DNA of 64,000 nucleotides from a virus, in the IMG/VR virus record IMGVR_UViG_3300023174_000080, positions 54,947 to 118,946 of that record; one strand, 5' to 3'. This document shows positions 1 through 11,417 of this stretch, piece after piece (the stretch's first letter is position 1; each line of letters starts with the position of its first letter). The translations under genes and the position numbers were made by a program. The notes beneath the pieces were generated by a model that ran no database searches, was not told the DNA's origin, and saw only the letters and a list, made by a program, of their open reading frames with translations.

Positions 1-2
1 GA

Positions 3-2036
3 ATTCCACAAGAGTTACGTAGCGACGATAAAAATATGTATTATTTAAATCCTTCTTATTATACATCAGATGTATTAACAGGAAGCGATTATAGTTTATT
101 ATCTTATCCAAGTTATAATATGGGTTCCGGCTCATTAAAGGCATTCATATTTCGTGATGCTAACTATAAATTAGCAATGCATAATTTCCTTGCGGAAATA
201 CCAAATTTCTTCCTTAATGGTAAATTAACAAATATAATTTCACTACCAGAAAATGAATTTACTACAGCTAAACGAGGTGTGACATATTATATGGATGTTG
301 TGTTAGAGCGCGATTCTAAATATAAAGAATTTATTGCCGATCCATATTATGAAGGTTTAAAAGCGCAAGCAAACAGCTTTTACGATGGTACTTTCTTATT
401 ACCATCACCTGATTCTCTATATGGTCCACCCACAAGGTATTGGAATAATGTAAATCCAAATCCATTTTTCTCACGTAGCCCATATAATTTTTATTCTAAA
501 TTATTAGATACACCTGCATATGCACCATATGTACCTCCATATTATTATGGTAAAGCAGTGGCTAGAATATCTTTCACTGCCGATGATACAAGACAATATT
601 CTTTATCCGAAATTCAATCTTCATGTTCAGTGGAATATATTAACACCGAAGCGGAAGCTTTATTTAATCAACGTTCTAATTTTATAAATGGTAATTTTAC
701 AGGATCATTTATTGATAATTATTCAACCTCCCCAGCTTATAAACAAATGATGCGTTTATCATCAAGTGTTAATTTATTCTTAGCAATTGATACAAAGCTT
801 ACTAAATTTGATCCAAAGACCGGTCAAACAACGGAAGTTGGAGATAGAGAAGGTAACAATAAATCTTGGGTTATTCAAACTAAATTTGAAACACCAAGTA
901 TTAATTTTATAAATGCTGATCTGTCTAATAATCTTGGTCTTAAATTTCTTGGTGGAACAAAAGAAAGTGGAAGTGTTAAAGGTATTTATTCTTACATGAT
1001 GAAGGGTCTTTGGACAACCTATGGAGAGCCAGTAGATAATGGCTCTGGGATTAAATTATATATTCAAGATTCATTTCAAAAAAGATTAACGAATCAAACA
1101 GGATCTTTGATAGAGCTTTGCGGTTTCCGAAATGCAGGAGATAAAAAAACAATAGGTTTATTATCAGAACGTAAAAAGGTTAGCGAATGTATCGTTATGA
1201 TTCCATATACATTTAATAAAAATCACGGTCCAAACATGAATACAGATTATGCTACTACAATAGATCCAATATTAGGAGAAAATGGTATTTATCTTTCTTC
1301 TCAAACAGGAAATGGACCATATTATTACGCCATAGATATAAACGTAATAACAGATTATCTTGGTGGATTGAAATTTAAAAACGCATCAGTAGAGCAAATT
1401 AAAACAGCCGCAGAGTCAAGTCCGTATCAAGAAAGTACAATTATTAAGTTAATTTTGGCAATGACTAAATATGTCATTCCTCCTCATCTTGATTGGATTA
1501 GAAATAAAAATATCAATCCATTCGTTATGTATTTAGCTGAATTCTCCACAGAATTTGACAAGCGAGATTTGTCTGATATTTGGCAGGGAGTTATGCCAAA
1601 ACAAAGTTATAAAGCAGAAATAGAGCAAATAGATATTAATCATAAGTTTACAAATAATGAATTCTTCCACGGTAAACGTCCACAAAACGATACTAAATTT
1701 AAAGTATTTAAAGTAAAACAACGAGCAAATATTAATTATTATAAACTAACTGATGATTCTAAGGATGATGATCGCTTTAAATTTACATTTAGTAATTCTC
1801 AACAAGCAACAATCCCAGAATATTCTTATAACTGGCCTTATGATTTCTTTTCTCTCGTAGAACTAGTTAATATTGAAACTTCTTTAGAATATAAGAAACC
1901 AGAAGAAAAAGAAATTATGATTAATCCAAATGAAATTTTATCTACTTTACAGGATCAAAACCCAATTTCTCAAAAAGATAAAATAGAAAAATTAAATAAA
2001 AAAGCAATTCCACCGAGAAAAAAACTTAAACGGTAA
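3..2036 (+). CDS. 3' part of a large virion/baseplate-associated protein (gene starts upstream of the window)
   Basis: Frame is open from nt 3 (IPQELRSDDKNM...) so the Met at 36 is probably internal. Lies in the structural cluster; no recognisable catalytic motif. Confidence 0.55.
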   Translation: MPQELRSDDKNMYYLNPSYYTSDVLTGSDYSLLSYPSYNMGSGSLKAFIFRDANYKLAMHNFLAEIPNFFLNGKLTNIISLPENEFTTAKRGVTYYMDVVLERDSKYKEFIADPYYEGLKAQANSFYDGTFLLPSPDSLYGPPTRYWNNVNPNPFFSRSPYNFYSKLLDTPAYAPYVPPYYYGKAVARISFTADDTRQYSLSEIQSSCSVEYINTEAEALFNQRSNFINGNFTGSFIDNYSTSPAYKQMMRLSSSVNLFLAIDTKLTKFDPKTGQTTEVGDREGNNKSWVIQTKFETPSINFINADLSNNLGLKFLGGTKESGSVKGIYSYMMKGLWTTYGEPVDNGSGIKLYIQDSFQKRLTNQTGSLIELCGFRNAGDKKTIGLLSERKKVSECIVMIPYTFNKNHGPNMNTDYATTIDPILGENGIYLSSQTGNGPYYYAIDINVITDYLGGLKFKNASVEQIKTAAESSPYQESTIIKLILAMTKYVIPPHLDWIRNKNINPFVMYLAEFSTEFDKRDLSDIWQGVMPKQSYKAEIEQIDINHKFTNNEFFHGKRPQNDTKFKVFKVKQRANINYYKLTDDSKDDDRFKFTFSNSQQATIPEYSYNWPYDFFSLVELVNIETSLEYKKPEEKEIMINPNEILSTLQDQNPISQKDKIEKLNKKAIPPRKKLKR

Positions 2037-2043
2037 TAAATAA

Positions 2044-2979
2044 ATGTCATATTTTGACGATAAACAAGAAATATTAAAATTAGAATTGACCACTTATGGT
2101 AGATATTTGCTTTCTAAAGGTAAATTAAAGCCAGTTTATTATGCTTTTTTTGATGATGATATAATATATGATGCTGAATATGCTCAGATATCAGAATCTC
2201 AAAATTCTACCCAAACAAGAATATTAGATGAAACTATATTTCTAAAACCACAAACTACGTTTACTGGTGTAGAAAATAGTGTTTCTAGAAATAAAACTTT
2301 AATTATTGATGAATTGCAGAAATTAAAACAAGAAGAATTACAAATTTCTTCTGATAAAAATTATGCTCTATCATTACCTCTAGGTAATTCTTCGCATGCC
2401 TCAGAATATGCTCCATCGTGGAAGTTAAACTTAATTAATGGACAAATAGATAATGTAGAGCAATATATCGACAATTCAACTGGTGATTCTGGTTCTTTAC
2501 AACCATATTTAAAAATTCCTCAAATATTTCTAAAAGATATTGTATCAAATATAAAAATTAAAAAAAATGATAGCAAAATAGATGAAAATTATATTTTCTT
2601 GTCTTCTAAAATAATTGGTTCAGATACTTATTATGCTTCTTATAAAGAAGAAAGCTGCACCTTAGATATTTTAGAATTAAATACATATGACGAAAAATTA
2701 AATTTTGATATTGAAATGTTTGTTGAAGAAAAAAATAATATGGATGAAACTACTTGGAGACAATTAAAATTTAATTCTTCTATAAAACAGATAGAAAATA
2801 ATCTTTTATTGGATGAACCAATTATTCCTAAAAGCATGGATAATACCAACTTCTCAGAATATTATTTTGATTCAACGGTAGATGCAGAAATAGAAGAAGT
2901 TAAAATACAAAGCATAGGTACCTCTACCTATCAATCAAATGTCAAGCCAGAAGACGGTCCATTTGGAGAAGATTGTTAA
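2044..2979 (+). CDS. baseplate/tail-collar-type structural protein
   Basis: N-terminus LELTTYGRYLLSKG...YYAFFDDDIIYD parallels the 8170 protein and the N-terminal half of phage tail-collar fibre domains (LTxxGxxxLA). Confidence 0.5.
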   Translation: MSYFDDKQEILKLELTTYGRYLLSKGKLKPVYYAFFDDDIIYDAEYAQISESQNSTQTRILDETIFLKPQTTFTGVENSVSRNKTLIIDELQKLKQEELQISSDKNYALSLPLGNSSHASEYAPSWKLNLINGQIDNVEQYIDNSTGDSGSLQPYLKIPQIFLKDIVSNIKIKKNDSKIDENYIFLSSKIIGSDTYYASYKEESCTLDILELNTYDEKLNFDIEMFVEEKNNMDETTWRQLKFNSSIKQIENNLLLDEPIIPKSMDNTNFSEYYFDSTVDAEIEEVKIQSIGTSTYQSNVKPEDGPFGEDC

Positions 2980-5900
2980 TGTTTTTTAAATTATCTAACG
3001 AACAAATTAAGAATGCGAAAACCAATTCTTTCCCACAAAGTGTTGATTACGATGCGATTGTATCCTCTAAAGGCACAGACAATAATATAAAAATAATTAT
3101 TAATATAATAGATGGTATTAATAAAAAATACAAAGTTTTTAATAATATTACCGCTCAAAAATATATGAAGTTAAAAATTTTTGAAATTAATGGCGATAAT
3201 ATGAAAAGCGAATTAGAAACTGCGGCCACAAATGAAAATCCATCTTTAATAGAAGAAATAATTAAGAAATATGGTGTAATTTCAAGAACTTTAAGCGCTG
3301 CTTATGATTTTAAAGGAGATGTTTATAAATTACAAAATAGAAATAGTTATTCTGGTATAACACGTTTAAGATATGAAACAGATATACTTTTACCTAGAGA
3401 TATAATAAATTATTTAAGTATTGGTGTATATTTTTATTATGATCTACCATCATATTTAAAAGAAATAAATGTTGAAGAAAAATTTGTAAATAAAGCAGTA
3501 ACTTGGGACAAGCTTCATGTGTTTTCATTATATAAAAATGATAAAATTGTCATAGGAGCAGATGTAAAAGATTTAAGAAAAATAAAATCAATATTTAATC
3601 AAAGTTCTTTTTTAGATAATTTAAATGCTAATATAAATTTAGAAAATAGCTTTAATAAAAAACTAGAAGATTCTAGAAAAAATAAATCTATAAATCAATA
3701 TTTCTCTAAAGCTTATTTTTCAAGAACGCAAGATAAAAAAGCAGGTTTTGTTTTTAATTTTGATTATAAAAAAATTATAGAAAATAATTCTGCATATAAA
3801 AATATAGTAAAAGATTCCATAAAAGAATTGTCAGATATATATGCTAGTGCAAATAAAGTTTTAGATTTAAAAGTTTCTAGAAGGCAAGTATTAATAAAAA
3901 ATAAAAATAATAATGAAAAAGTAGAAATATTAAAGGACACAGAGCAAAAAATAATATCTACTAAATTTTCAAAAAATGATATTTTTTCTTCTGTAGAAAA
4001 CAAAGAAGGTAAAATTTTTGAATTATCAACTAATAATAGTTTCGGTAATTCAATTAAAACAATCTGTGTTACTGATAAAAAAGCTTTTCAGCATTCAAAC
4101 GCAATATATCAGTATGGTGTACAAATAACTATTAAAGATAGTTTAGCGTATTTATTTAATTACTTATCTAATGCACATATTTCTGATTCTATCAATATAT
4201 TAAAATATTATTTATCTTTATTAGATGATCCAAGAAATTATGATCCAACTGAAAATTCTATTACTAATGAATTTATTTTAAAAATAGATTTTGATAAGAA
4301 TTTACAACAAAAAATATCTAATGCTGTAGATAGTTTCATATTAGTTTTAAAAGTATTTGGTATTTATAAAAATGTTGATGATGATTTACAAGAAACTTTA
4401 ATATCTATTTTTAATCCTAAAAATGTTAATATAGAAAATATATCTTATTTTATTAAAATATATGAAAAAGTACAAGCACAAGTGACTAAGATATCTAAAA
4501 ATAAATATGAAAATGTTTATACAATAGAAAATTGGTTTAATGATTATTTGGATACTCAAGATAGCATTGAATATGGTTTTACTTACTTTGATAAATTACA
4601 AACAAATAGTTTGGCAATTATAGATAGCGATAAATATATTGATAAAATTACCAATGAAGTAAAAAAATATTCTACTGATACAACTATTACAAATCAGTTT
4701 GCACAAACAACTTTATATTCGTACATAACTCCTACAAGAATTATATTACCAAATAATAAAGTTATTAATTTAGAATCTTTAGCTTCAAAAGCAGATTCCA
4801 TACTTTTGGAAGAGTATGCAAGATCTTTTATAGAAATTAAAAAAATAAATTTTCTATCTAATTTAGCAAATCATGATGAAATCGTATCACAAGATTTTTC
4901 ATCAAAATCAAATCTTACTTTAAAAAATTCTATTTCCTACATGTCAGAAATTATAGGAAATAAAGCTTCTATAGTAACTAATTTATTGCAAAAACCTATT
5001 AAGCAAATAACTCTTAAAAATAAGAAAAAAATTGTTAAAAAAGAATCAGAAGTAGATACATCACTTTTTATGTTAGAAGTAATAAATCATTTTAATATTG
5101 ATGGTAGAACTTTTTATAGTATTGAAAAAGATGATAATGGCGTTCTCTTAGGATCTAATACAACGCCAGATATGCCAATACATCTACAAACACTTATACA
5201 AAATAAAAGTAGATTATTTACTTCAACCGATAAGTATCTACAAAACATACAATTATATATAAAATTTTTATTATTATATAATACTATACAACAAGTAGAA
5301 TATCTAACTTATGATAATGACTTATTAAGTTCTGATCCAGCGACCACAAGCTTGAACAAAGAAAATTGGCGTTTATTAGATAAAAATTCTTTAGAATCTT
5401 TTATCAATGGCTCTATCCATATTTGTAGATTAAAATCTTATGTAAATACAAAAAATTATATAAAAGGAATTAAAGAAGTAAATTTACCAATTTATGACAA
5501 ATATTTTTTGTTTATGGCAAAAAATACAAATACAAATATTGAAATACCTGCTCCTATTGTTACCGTTCCAGCGCCAACTACTTCTCGTATTTTAGAGCCA
5601 ATTGAAAGGCCGACGCCTTTGAAAGTTACGCCAACAAGACAAATAGAACCATTAATATCCTCTCAAATAACAGCAAAAATAGAAAAAATTAGACCTATTC
5701 CCGCTTTTAATCCAGCTAAAGATATTGCTACAACAGAAATAAATCCAGCTATTAATAAATTAAATAATCTATTAAATAATAGTAACATAAATATTGGATC
5801 AAAAATACAAAATAATTTAAATAATGTTCTAGAAACAGTTAAACTTCCATTAAAAGCTGAGTCATTAAAAATTACTAACACTGATAACCTAAAAGTTACA

Positions 5901-6182
5901 CCGACAATGCAAGTTCCTACTCCAAAAGCCCCACCGAGCGTTCCCGTCGTTGCAAAAACAACAGCCGCTAACGCACCGGAGCAGACGCAATCTTCAACAC
6001 CTAATTTAAAACCAGTTATTCCGGCTGTAGCTAAAGCTTTGTCTGAACAAATATCAAATCCAAAAACTAACGCAACACCAGCTACAAAATCAGTTTCATC
6101 AGCAAAAAAAGAAGATAAACCAAAGGCTATTAAAGAAGAAAAGAAGTCTATGCCTTCTTCTAAGAACTTTTCAAGAAGATAA
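2979..6182 (+). CDS. large hypothetical protein with Pro/Ala/Lys-rich C-terminal tail
   Basis: ~1067-aa ORF; the ATG at 2979 overlaps the upstream stop (TAATG); last ~210 aa are low complexity. Confidence 0.5.
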   Translation: MFFKLSNEQIKNAKTNSFPQSVDYDAIVSSKGTDNNIKIIINIIDGINKKYKVFNNITAQKYMKLKIFEINGDNMKSELETAATNENPSLIEEIIKKYGVISRTLSAAYDFKGDVYKLQNRNSYSGITRLRYETDILLPRDIINYLSIGVYFYYDLPSYLKEINVEEKFVNKAVTWDKLHVFSLYKNDKIVIGADVKDLRKIKSIFNQSSFLDNLNANINLENSFNKKLEDSRKNKSINQYFSKAYFSRTQDKKAGFVFNFDYKKIIENNSAYKNIVKDSIKELSDIYASANKVLDLKVSRRQVLIKNKNNNEKVEILKDTEQKIISTKFSKNDIFSSVENKEGKIFELSTNNSFGNSIKTICVTDKKAFQHSNAIYQYGVQITIKDSLAYLFNYLSNAHISDSINILKYYLSLLDDPRNYDPTENSITNEFILKIDFDKNLQQKISNAVDSFILVLKVFGIYKNVDDDLQETLISIFNPKNVNIENISYFIKIYEKVQAQVTKISKNKYENVYTIENWFNDYLDTQDSIEYGFTYFDKLQTNSLAIIDSDKYIDKITNEVKKYSTDTTITNQFAQTTLYSYITPTRIILPNNKVINLESLASKADSILLEEYARSFIEIKKINFLSNLANHDEIVSQDFSSKSNLTLKNSISYMSEIIGNKASIVTNLLQKPIKQITLKNKKKIVKKESEVDTSLFMLEVINHFNIDGRTFYSIEKDDNGVLLGSNTTPDMPIHLQTLIQNKSRLFTSTDKYLQNIQLYIKFLLLYNTIQQVEYLTYDNDLLSSDPATTSLNKENWRLLDKNSLESFINGSIHICRLKSYVNTKNYIKGIKEVNLPIYDKYFLFMAKNTNTNIEIPAPIVTVPAPTTSRILEPIERPTPLKVTPTRQIEPLISSQITAKIEKIRPIPAFNPAKDIATTEINPAINKLNNLLNNSNINIGSKIQNNLNNVLETVKLPLKAESLKITNTDNLKVTPTMQVPTPKAPPSVPVVAKTTAANAPEQTQSSTPNLKPVIPAVAKALSEQISNPKTNATPATKSVSSAKKEDKPKAIKEEKKSMPSSKNFSRR

Positions 6183-6187
6183 TATTT

Positions 6188-8113
6188 ATGTCTAAAATAG
6201 GTAAAAAAGTAACAATATATCAAACCTCTAGTTTTTCTGCTGGTAATGCGGAGTTAATAAATTATAAAGAGAGTTATATTTCTAATTTAAATGCTTACGG
6301 CGGATCTTTTTTCTTAAATAAACAAAATCCTCTTATTTTTACAAATAATAATTTGGAAAGTTTTAATTATTCTGTTGATGTTCATTATGATGAATTAAAA
6401 GAAATAAAAAATATTGAAAATGGGCAAAATGAAGAAACAAGATTAGCTAATTTATCCAATTTAAATTTGCACACTTTTCGTTCAAAACTAGAATATAATT
6501 TTTTAATTAAAAATTTTGAAGAAAATATTAAGAAATTAGGAATAAATTCTTTAAGAGTACCTAATTTTTATGACGTTGTTGAAAGCCTATCTTCCACTGG
6601 ACAATATAAAAATTCAGATGGCACTTCCTACTTAGAAGATTCTGCTAATTTTCTATCTTTACAGGAATCAAATGAATTTAAAATAAATATTATACCTTCT
6701 AAAATATTAGTTGGAAAAAAGTATGTTCCTTTAAATAAGTATGTAAAAAATTTTAATCCTTTTAAAGAACAATTTCCATATTATGGTGACATAAGTTTTA
6801 CTACTCATAAAAAAGTAAAAAATAACATATCTGATTTATTTCATGAGCATGATCTGTATCAATATGTATTTGAAAAATTATCAAAGACTAACATTACGCA
6901 AACTGTTTTTGTTAATAACGAAAATACTTCTACTGTTGCAAAAGTGTTAATTTTTGATGAATCATTTGTTAATACTATCTTATCTCAAAGAGTGGATTTG
7001 CAAACAAATTTTATATTTGAAATAAATAAAAGTATTGATTCTAAAGCAAGAAATTTTGCTGATATAGTAAAAAACTATCAAGAATACTCGGAAGTAATTG
7101 GTTATCATTTAAAAAAATATGAAGGTTTAGCTAATCCTTCGTTAACGCAAAAGCCATTACCAATACAGGAATGGTATATACCAAATATATCTGAAGATAG
7201 ATTTGAGTTTGTAGATACGCAACTTATTTATGATAATCGCTATACATATACTTTAGACCCAATAGTGTTAACTTTTTCATCAATTTGTACAATTAATCAA
7301 GAACCACAAACAAATAATCTTATAAAGTATAATTTTACTAGAAAACCTATTATTAAAATATTTGATATTGATAGAATAGGGGTTTCTTATAGCAATTATT
7401 TAAAAGATAGCCCCCCAACAGAACCAGAAATAGAATTTATACCATATATCGGAGTTCCGAATAGAATAAAAATAAATTTAAATACTTCAATAGGAATAAA
7501 AACTGTTAAACCAGTTAATTTTTCCGCTAATGAAGAAAATAAAAATAAATTATTAATGGAAGCTCAAGATAAATTAATTACTGATAATTTATTAACTTAT
7601 CAATCTGATGAACCATCGGATTTTTTTGAAATATATAGATTAATAGATAAACCTAGCCAATATGAAGATTTTTCTAATAAATTATTAGCCTCTATTCCAA
7701 CAAATGGTGCCGCTGGAGCGTCTTTTGAAGATACAATAACGCAAAATAGAAAACATTATTACGTAGCTAGATCAGTAGACTATCACAAAAACATATCAAA
7801 CCCCACAGTTTTATATGAAGTAGAGATAATTAACGATAATGGATTAATAATACCAAATATTAATGTTGTTGATTTTAAAAGCAATGAAGATATTGGCTCT
7901 TATGAAAAAGAAATTAAAAGATTTTTCAAAATTAAACCATCTCTTAGGCACACTATCTTAGAAGATGCTAATTTTTTCCCTAGTTTAATCCAATTAGGAC
8001 AAAAAGAAGAAACTGTATGGAATAGTAGATTCAAGATTAGAGTCACTTCTAAATCTACTGGTAAAAAAATGGATATATTTGTAACTTTTAATTATAAAAA
8101 GCAAGATAGTTAA
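6188..8113 (+). CDS. hypothetical virion protein, possibly with Fn3/Ig-like beta domains
   Basis: Motifs EFVDTQLIYDNRYTYTL and FEIYR...FEDTITQNRKHYYVARSVD resemble fibronectin-III strands. Confidence 0.45.
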   Translation: MSKIGKKVTIYQTSSFSAGNAELINYKESYISNLNAYGGSFFLNKQNPLIFTNNNLESFNYSVDVHYDELKEIKNIENGQNEETRLANLSNLNLHTFRSKLEYNFLIKNFEENIKKLGINSLRVPNFYDVVESLSSTGQYKNSDGTSYLEDSANFLSLQESNEFKINIIPSKILVGKKYVPLNKYVKNFNPFKEQFPYYGDISFTTHKKVKNNISDLFHEHDLYQYVFEKLSKTNITQTVFVNNENTSTVAKVLIFDESFVNTILSQRVDLQTNFIFEINKSIDSKARNFADIVKNYQEYSEVIGYHLKKYEGLANPSLTQKPLPIQEWYIPNISEDRFEFVDTQLIYDNRYTYTLDPIVLTFSSICTINQEPQTNNLIKYNFTRKPIIKIFDIDRIGVSYSNYLKDSPPTEPEIEFIPYIGVPNRIKINLNTSIGIKTVKPVNFSANEENKNKLLMEAQDKLITDNLLTYQSDEPSDFFEIYRLIDKPSQYEDFSNKLLASIPTNGAAGASFEDTITQNRKHYYVARSVDYHKNISNPTVLYEVEIINDNGLIIPNINVVDFKSNEDIGSYEKEIKRFFKIKPSLRHTILEDANFFPSLIQLGQKEETVWNSRFKIRVTSKSTGKKMDIFVTFNYKKQDS

Positions 8114-8131
8114 AATAATTAAATATTTCGT

Positions 8132-8140
8132 ACTATTTAT
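8132..8140 (+). promoter_or_regulatory. putative late promoter motif ACTATTTAT
   Basis: Exact intergenic copy of the recurrent motif, upstream of the 8170 gene. Confidence 0.65.
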
Positions 8141-8169
8141 AGAAAAAGACACTATAAAGGATAAAAAAC

Positions 8170-9144
8170 ATGGCATTTTTAGATAATAGCGGTGATATAA
8201 TTTTGGATGCTGTATTAACAGATACAGGACGTATGCGTTTAGCCAAAGGAGATGGCTCATTTAGAATTACAAAATTCGCTCTTGCTGATGATGAAATAGA
8301 TTATTCCTTATTTAATGGAAACCACGTTAGCGGTACTGCTTATTATGATTTAGAAGTTTTACAAACCCCAGTTATGGAAGCATTTACTAACAACGGTTCT
8401 TCGATGAAAAGCAAGCTTATTTCTATTTCAAGAAATAATTTGTTATATTTACCAGTCGTTGTACTGGATACGGTTAATAGTCCAGTAGTTCAAGCAACCG
8501 CAATAGTAAATAACGGTTTCATACTTGCCGTAGATACAGCTACAGAGGATTTTTTAAATCAATCTAATTTACAATATAGTGGTCAAAGTTTCGGAACACA
8601 AAAAAGCGGCATTTTAAAAGGTATTAATCCGGACTCTAAGACTATTACTATAGCACAAGGATTAAATACTACTGCTTTGCCATACGCTAGAACAATCGAT
8701 CAAGATCTAAAAGAAGTACAATACCTTGTAGAAATCGATAATAGATTAGCTAGAGTAGTAAATCCATTAGATGCCACAAAAGAATTACCAGTTTCTTATA
8801 TTGATGATGATAATATTGCAACATATTATTTATCATATGGAACTGATGCAGAATATGTTAAAGATTTTCCTAATGCTACCACCAGCACTGATTTAAGAAT
8901 CTTAGCTGGACCGAGAGGAACAATACTAACATTTAGACTTGGATCTCAAAATGATGTCTCTACAAGCAGATATCTTTTTGATCAATTAGGTAAAAATATA
9001 ACATCATTATTTACTATTAGCGGTGGCTCACCCGGCGCAGGAGCCAGTGAAGTAAGAAGTATATTGACAAACATTAGAATTACAGGAGTTACAACTGGTA
9101 ATTCTATAGATGTACCACTATTATTAGTAAAAAAGATTTCTTAA
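8170..9144 (+). CDS. baseplate/tail-collar-type structural protein
   Basis: MAFLDNSGDIILDAVLTDTGRMRLAKGDGSFRITKFALADDEIDY resembles a tail-collar-fibre N-terminal motif; paralogous to the 2044 protein. Confidence 0.55.
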   Translation: MAFLDNSGDIILDAVLTDTGRMRLAKGDGSFRITKFALADDEIDYSLFNGNHVSGTAYYDLEVLQTPVMEAFTNNGSSMKSKLISISRNNLLYLPVVVLDTVNSPVVQATAIVNNGFILAVDTATEDFLNQSNLQYSGQSFGTQKSGILKGINPDSKTITIAQGLNTTALPYARTIDQDLKEVQYLVEIDNRLARVVNPLDATKELPVSYIDDDNIATYYLSYGTDAEYVKDFPNATTSTDLRILAGPRGTILTFRLGSQNDVSTSRYLFDQLGKNITSLFTISGGSPGAGASEVRSILTNIRITGVTTGNSIDVPLLLVKKIS

Positions 9145-9160
9145 TATAAGGAAGATATAA

Positions 9161-10297
9161 ATGGCTACAACATTTAAAACGTTTTTAGATGACGATATTG
9201 TTTCAACACGTACTTTATTGCATGAAAATATTCCAATAACAGGTACAATAGTTTCTGGTTCATCTTATGGAACATCAAGTCTAAAAACATATACACACGG
9301 AATGTTCCAGACTGTTTATGATTATCCTTATTTAAGTTCTTCCGCTAACCAGTTATTTGATTTAACCATTGGACAAACTATCGATTCACCAGCAAGCGCA
9401 AGTACATCAGTAGATCCATTTAATAAGAAAAAAGTTAATATATATAATCAAATGGCACAAGTACTAGCTGGTCATGATACTAGCGGCTCTATAGTACAAT
9501 TTGATAGAGATGGTGACCCTGCAACTGGTGGTGATAAATTTAATTCAATGTTTTTTATCAATTTCTCAAGATTGTTGGTAAAAGATGAAATAAAAAAGAG
9601 AAGCTTCCAAATAACACTTGGAGTTAATTCTTCAAGCGTTTCTCCTTTTAATGCCACATGTCTAGTAAGCGATGCAAGTGGTACAACTAATTATAAAATA
9701 AATTCACCAGCTGGTGAATATGGATTATTATACGCTACAACATTCTCTAGCGCTTCAGCTGGATGGACTGTAGCTGCTTCTCAATCAGTTGGTTTTGTTT
9801 TCTATCAAGCAGGCGTAGTTGCATTATCGACTGCTATATTTGCACAATCAAGTTCTAATAGCCCTTCTACTTCTCTTTCCGCTAGTACATATGGTCAAAT
9901 TAAAAATGGGTATGTTGTTAACTTTAGTGCTTCTTCAGGTACTCCTTATACAAATATAGAAACAATGTTTGAATCAGGTAGCATTAATGATTGTTGCAGT
10001 GCATTGCGTAATAGAATACAAAACATTACTTTCAATAATACAACAGAATTAAATTCAACAATACATTTCTGTCGCATAAATCATAACGATTTTAATTATA
10101 GTTCTAATCCTACTTATTTAAGCAGTAGCCAAATAAGAGTTAAGAATGGTGATATCGCAAAAGCACCTATTAGCTATATGACAACCGTTGGCCTTTATTC
10201 GCCAGACAATGAATTGTTAGCAGTAGCGAAATTATCTGAACCCTTAAAGAAAGATCCAACACAAGAAATGATATTGCGTGTAAGACTAGACTACTAA
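9161..10297 (+). CDS. baseplate/tail-collar-type structural protein
   Basis: C-terminus YMTTVGLYSPDNELLAVAKLSEPLKKD resembles the C-terminal half of tail-collar fibre domains; paralogous to the 13725 protein. Confidence 0.55.
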   Translation: MATTFKTFLDDDIVSTRTLLHENIPITGTIVSGSSYGTSSLKTYTHGMFQTVYDYPYLSSSANQLFDLTIGQTIDSPASASTSVDPFNKKKVNIYNQMAQVLAGHDTSGSIVQFDRDGDPATGGDKFNSMFFINFSRLLVKDEIKKRSFQITLGVNSSSVSPFNATCLVSDASGTTNYKINSPAGEYGLLYATTFSSASAGWTVAASQSVGFVFYQAGVVALSTAIFAQSSSNSPSTSLSASTYGQIKNGYVVNFSASSGTPYTNIETMFESGSINDCCSALRNRIQNITFNNTTELNSTIHFCRINHNDFNYSSNPTYLSSSQIRVKNGDIAKAPISYMTTVGLYSPDNELLAVAKLSEPLKKDPTQEMILRVRLDY

Positions 10298-10298
10298 T

Positions 10299-10520
10299 AT
10301 GTCATTTAAAAAATTTGAAAAAGGAGATTTGTTATTTAATACAATCAAAACAAAACCTCGTTTTGAATTTAAAATATACAATGGAAATATTTATCTAAAT
10401 AATTCCACTGATGGATACGCGAAGTTGCATGATTTGGGCAACGGTGAACAACAATGCGGTGTTGAAAATATATTAGATTTTTCATGCCCAGAGACTTCTT
10501 ATAATATAGGATTAATATAA
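10299..10520 (+). CDS. small protein, probable N-terminal piece of the split 13725 gene
   Basis: Starts MSFKKFEKGDLL, similar to MATTFKTFLDDDIV of the 9161 protein. Confidence 0.5.
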   Translation: MSFKKFEKGDLLFNTIKTKPRFEFKIYNGNIYLNNSTDGYAKLHDLGNGEQQCGVENILDFSCPETSYNIGLI

Positions 10521-10532
10521 AGGATTAATTAA

Positions 10533-11408
10533 ATGGCTGAGAGTTTAAAAATTAAAGATGGTCTTGGAATATTAAAAAATTTAACAGTAGAAAGCGGAAG
10601 TTATGGTTTAATGCCAGTTCATTATGTAACTTCCTCTACTTCTGCCCCTGTATATATCACTGCTTCTTCTGCTAATCCTATTCCAGTAACAGGCACTATT
10701 GCAGTCGATGTAACGGTTGGAGATTTAATTACAGTTACTGCTTCTACAGCTAGTCCTGTTGCAGTTACAGGAACAGTAACTAATGTTTCAAGCTTACAAG
10801 CTGCTTATAATACTTCCACTTATACTGCTAATACTATTCCTATACAATTGGTAGGTACAAGTAGTTATAAGGCAGCAATTGATTCTGCTGGAAGATTATT
10901 TGTCACTGGCGCAGTAACTGTAAATACTGCTTCATCTATGACAGTTACAGCCAGTTTAGCTAACCCAACTGGTATTACTGGAACTGTTAATATTAACAAT
11001 TCGTCTTTGTCTGTTACATCATCGCTACTAAGCCCAGTTTACGCTTTGGTGGCTACCCCACCTGTTACTACAGTGACCACAAATGCAACTACATCTTTCG
11101 TTTGGAATACCATTGCTAGTGGTACATTTGCTATTGCTGCAAATAGTTTAACTAGAAAAGGTTTAACTATATTTAATCCCGGCCCACATAATTTATATGT
11201 TGTATTATCTACAATAGGCGGTGGAGGTGATTCAGGCAGACATGGTTTTACTATAGTTAATACGGCTTCTGCGCCATCTATATATTCCTTTATAGTATAT
11301 CCATCTGGAACTTATGTAGCTCCTCCAACTACAGTTGGCGTTTATCATGGCGGTTATTTTATTAGTGGATCGGCATCGGTCGGTGTGTTTGATTCAGAAA
11401 TAAGTTAG
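10533..11408 (+). CDS. Ser/Thr-rich fibre/spike-like virion protein
   Basis: Repeated VTAS(S/T)xxPxxVTG segments, beta-rich C-terminal domain, AAGGA RBS. Confidence 0.55.
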   Translation: MAESLKIKDGLGILKNLTVESGSYGLMPVHYVTSSTSAPVYITASSANPIPVTGTIAVDVTVGDLITVTASTASPVAVTGTVTNVSSLQAAYNTSTYTANTIPIQLVGTSSYKAAIDSAGRLFVTGAVTVNTASSMTVTASLANPTGITGTVNINNSSLSVTSSLLSPVYALVATPPVTTVTTNATTSFVWNTIASGTFAIAANSLTRKGLTIFNPGPHNLYVVLSTIGGGGDSGRHGFTIVNTASAPSIYSFIVYPSGTYVAPPTTVGVYHGGYFISGSASVGVFDSEIS

Positions 11409-11417
11409 GAAAAATAA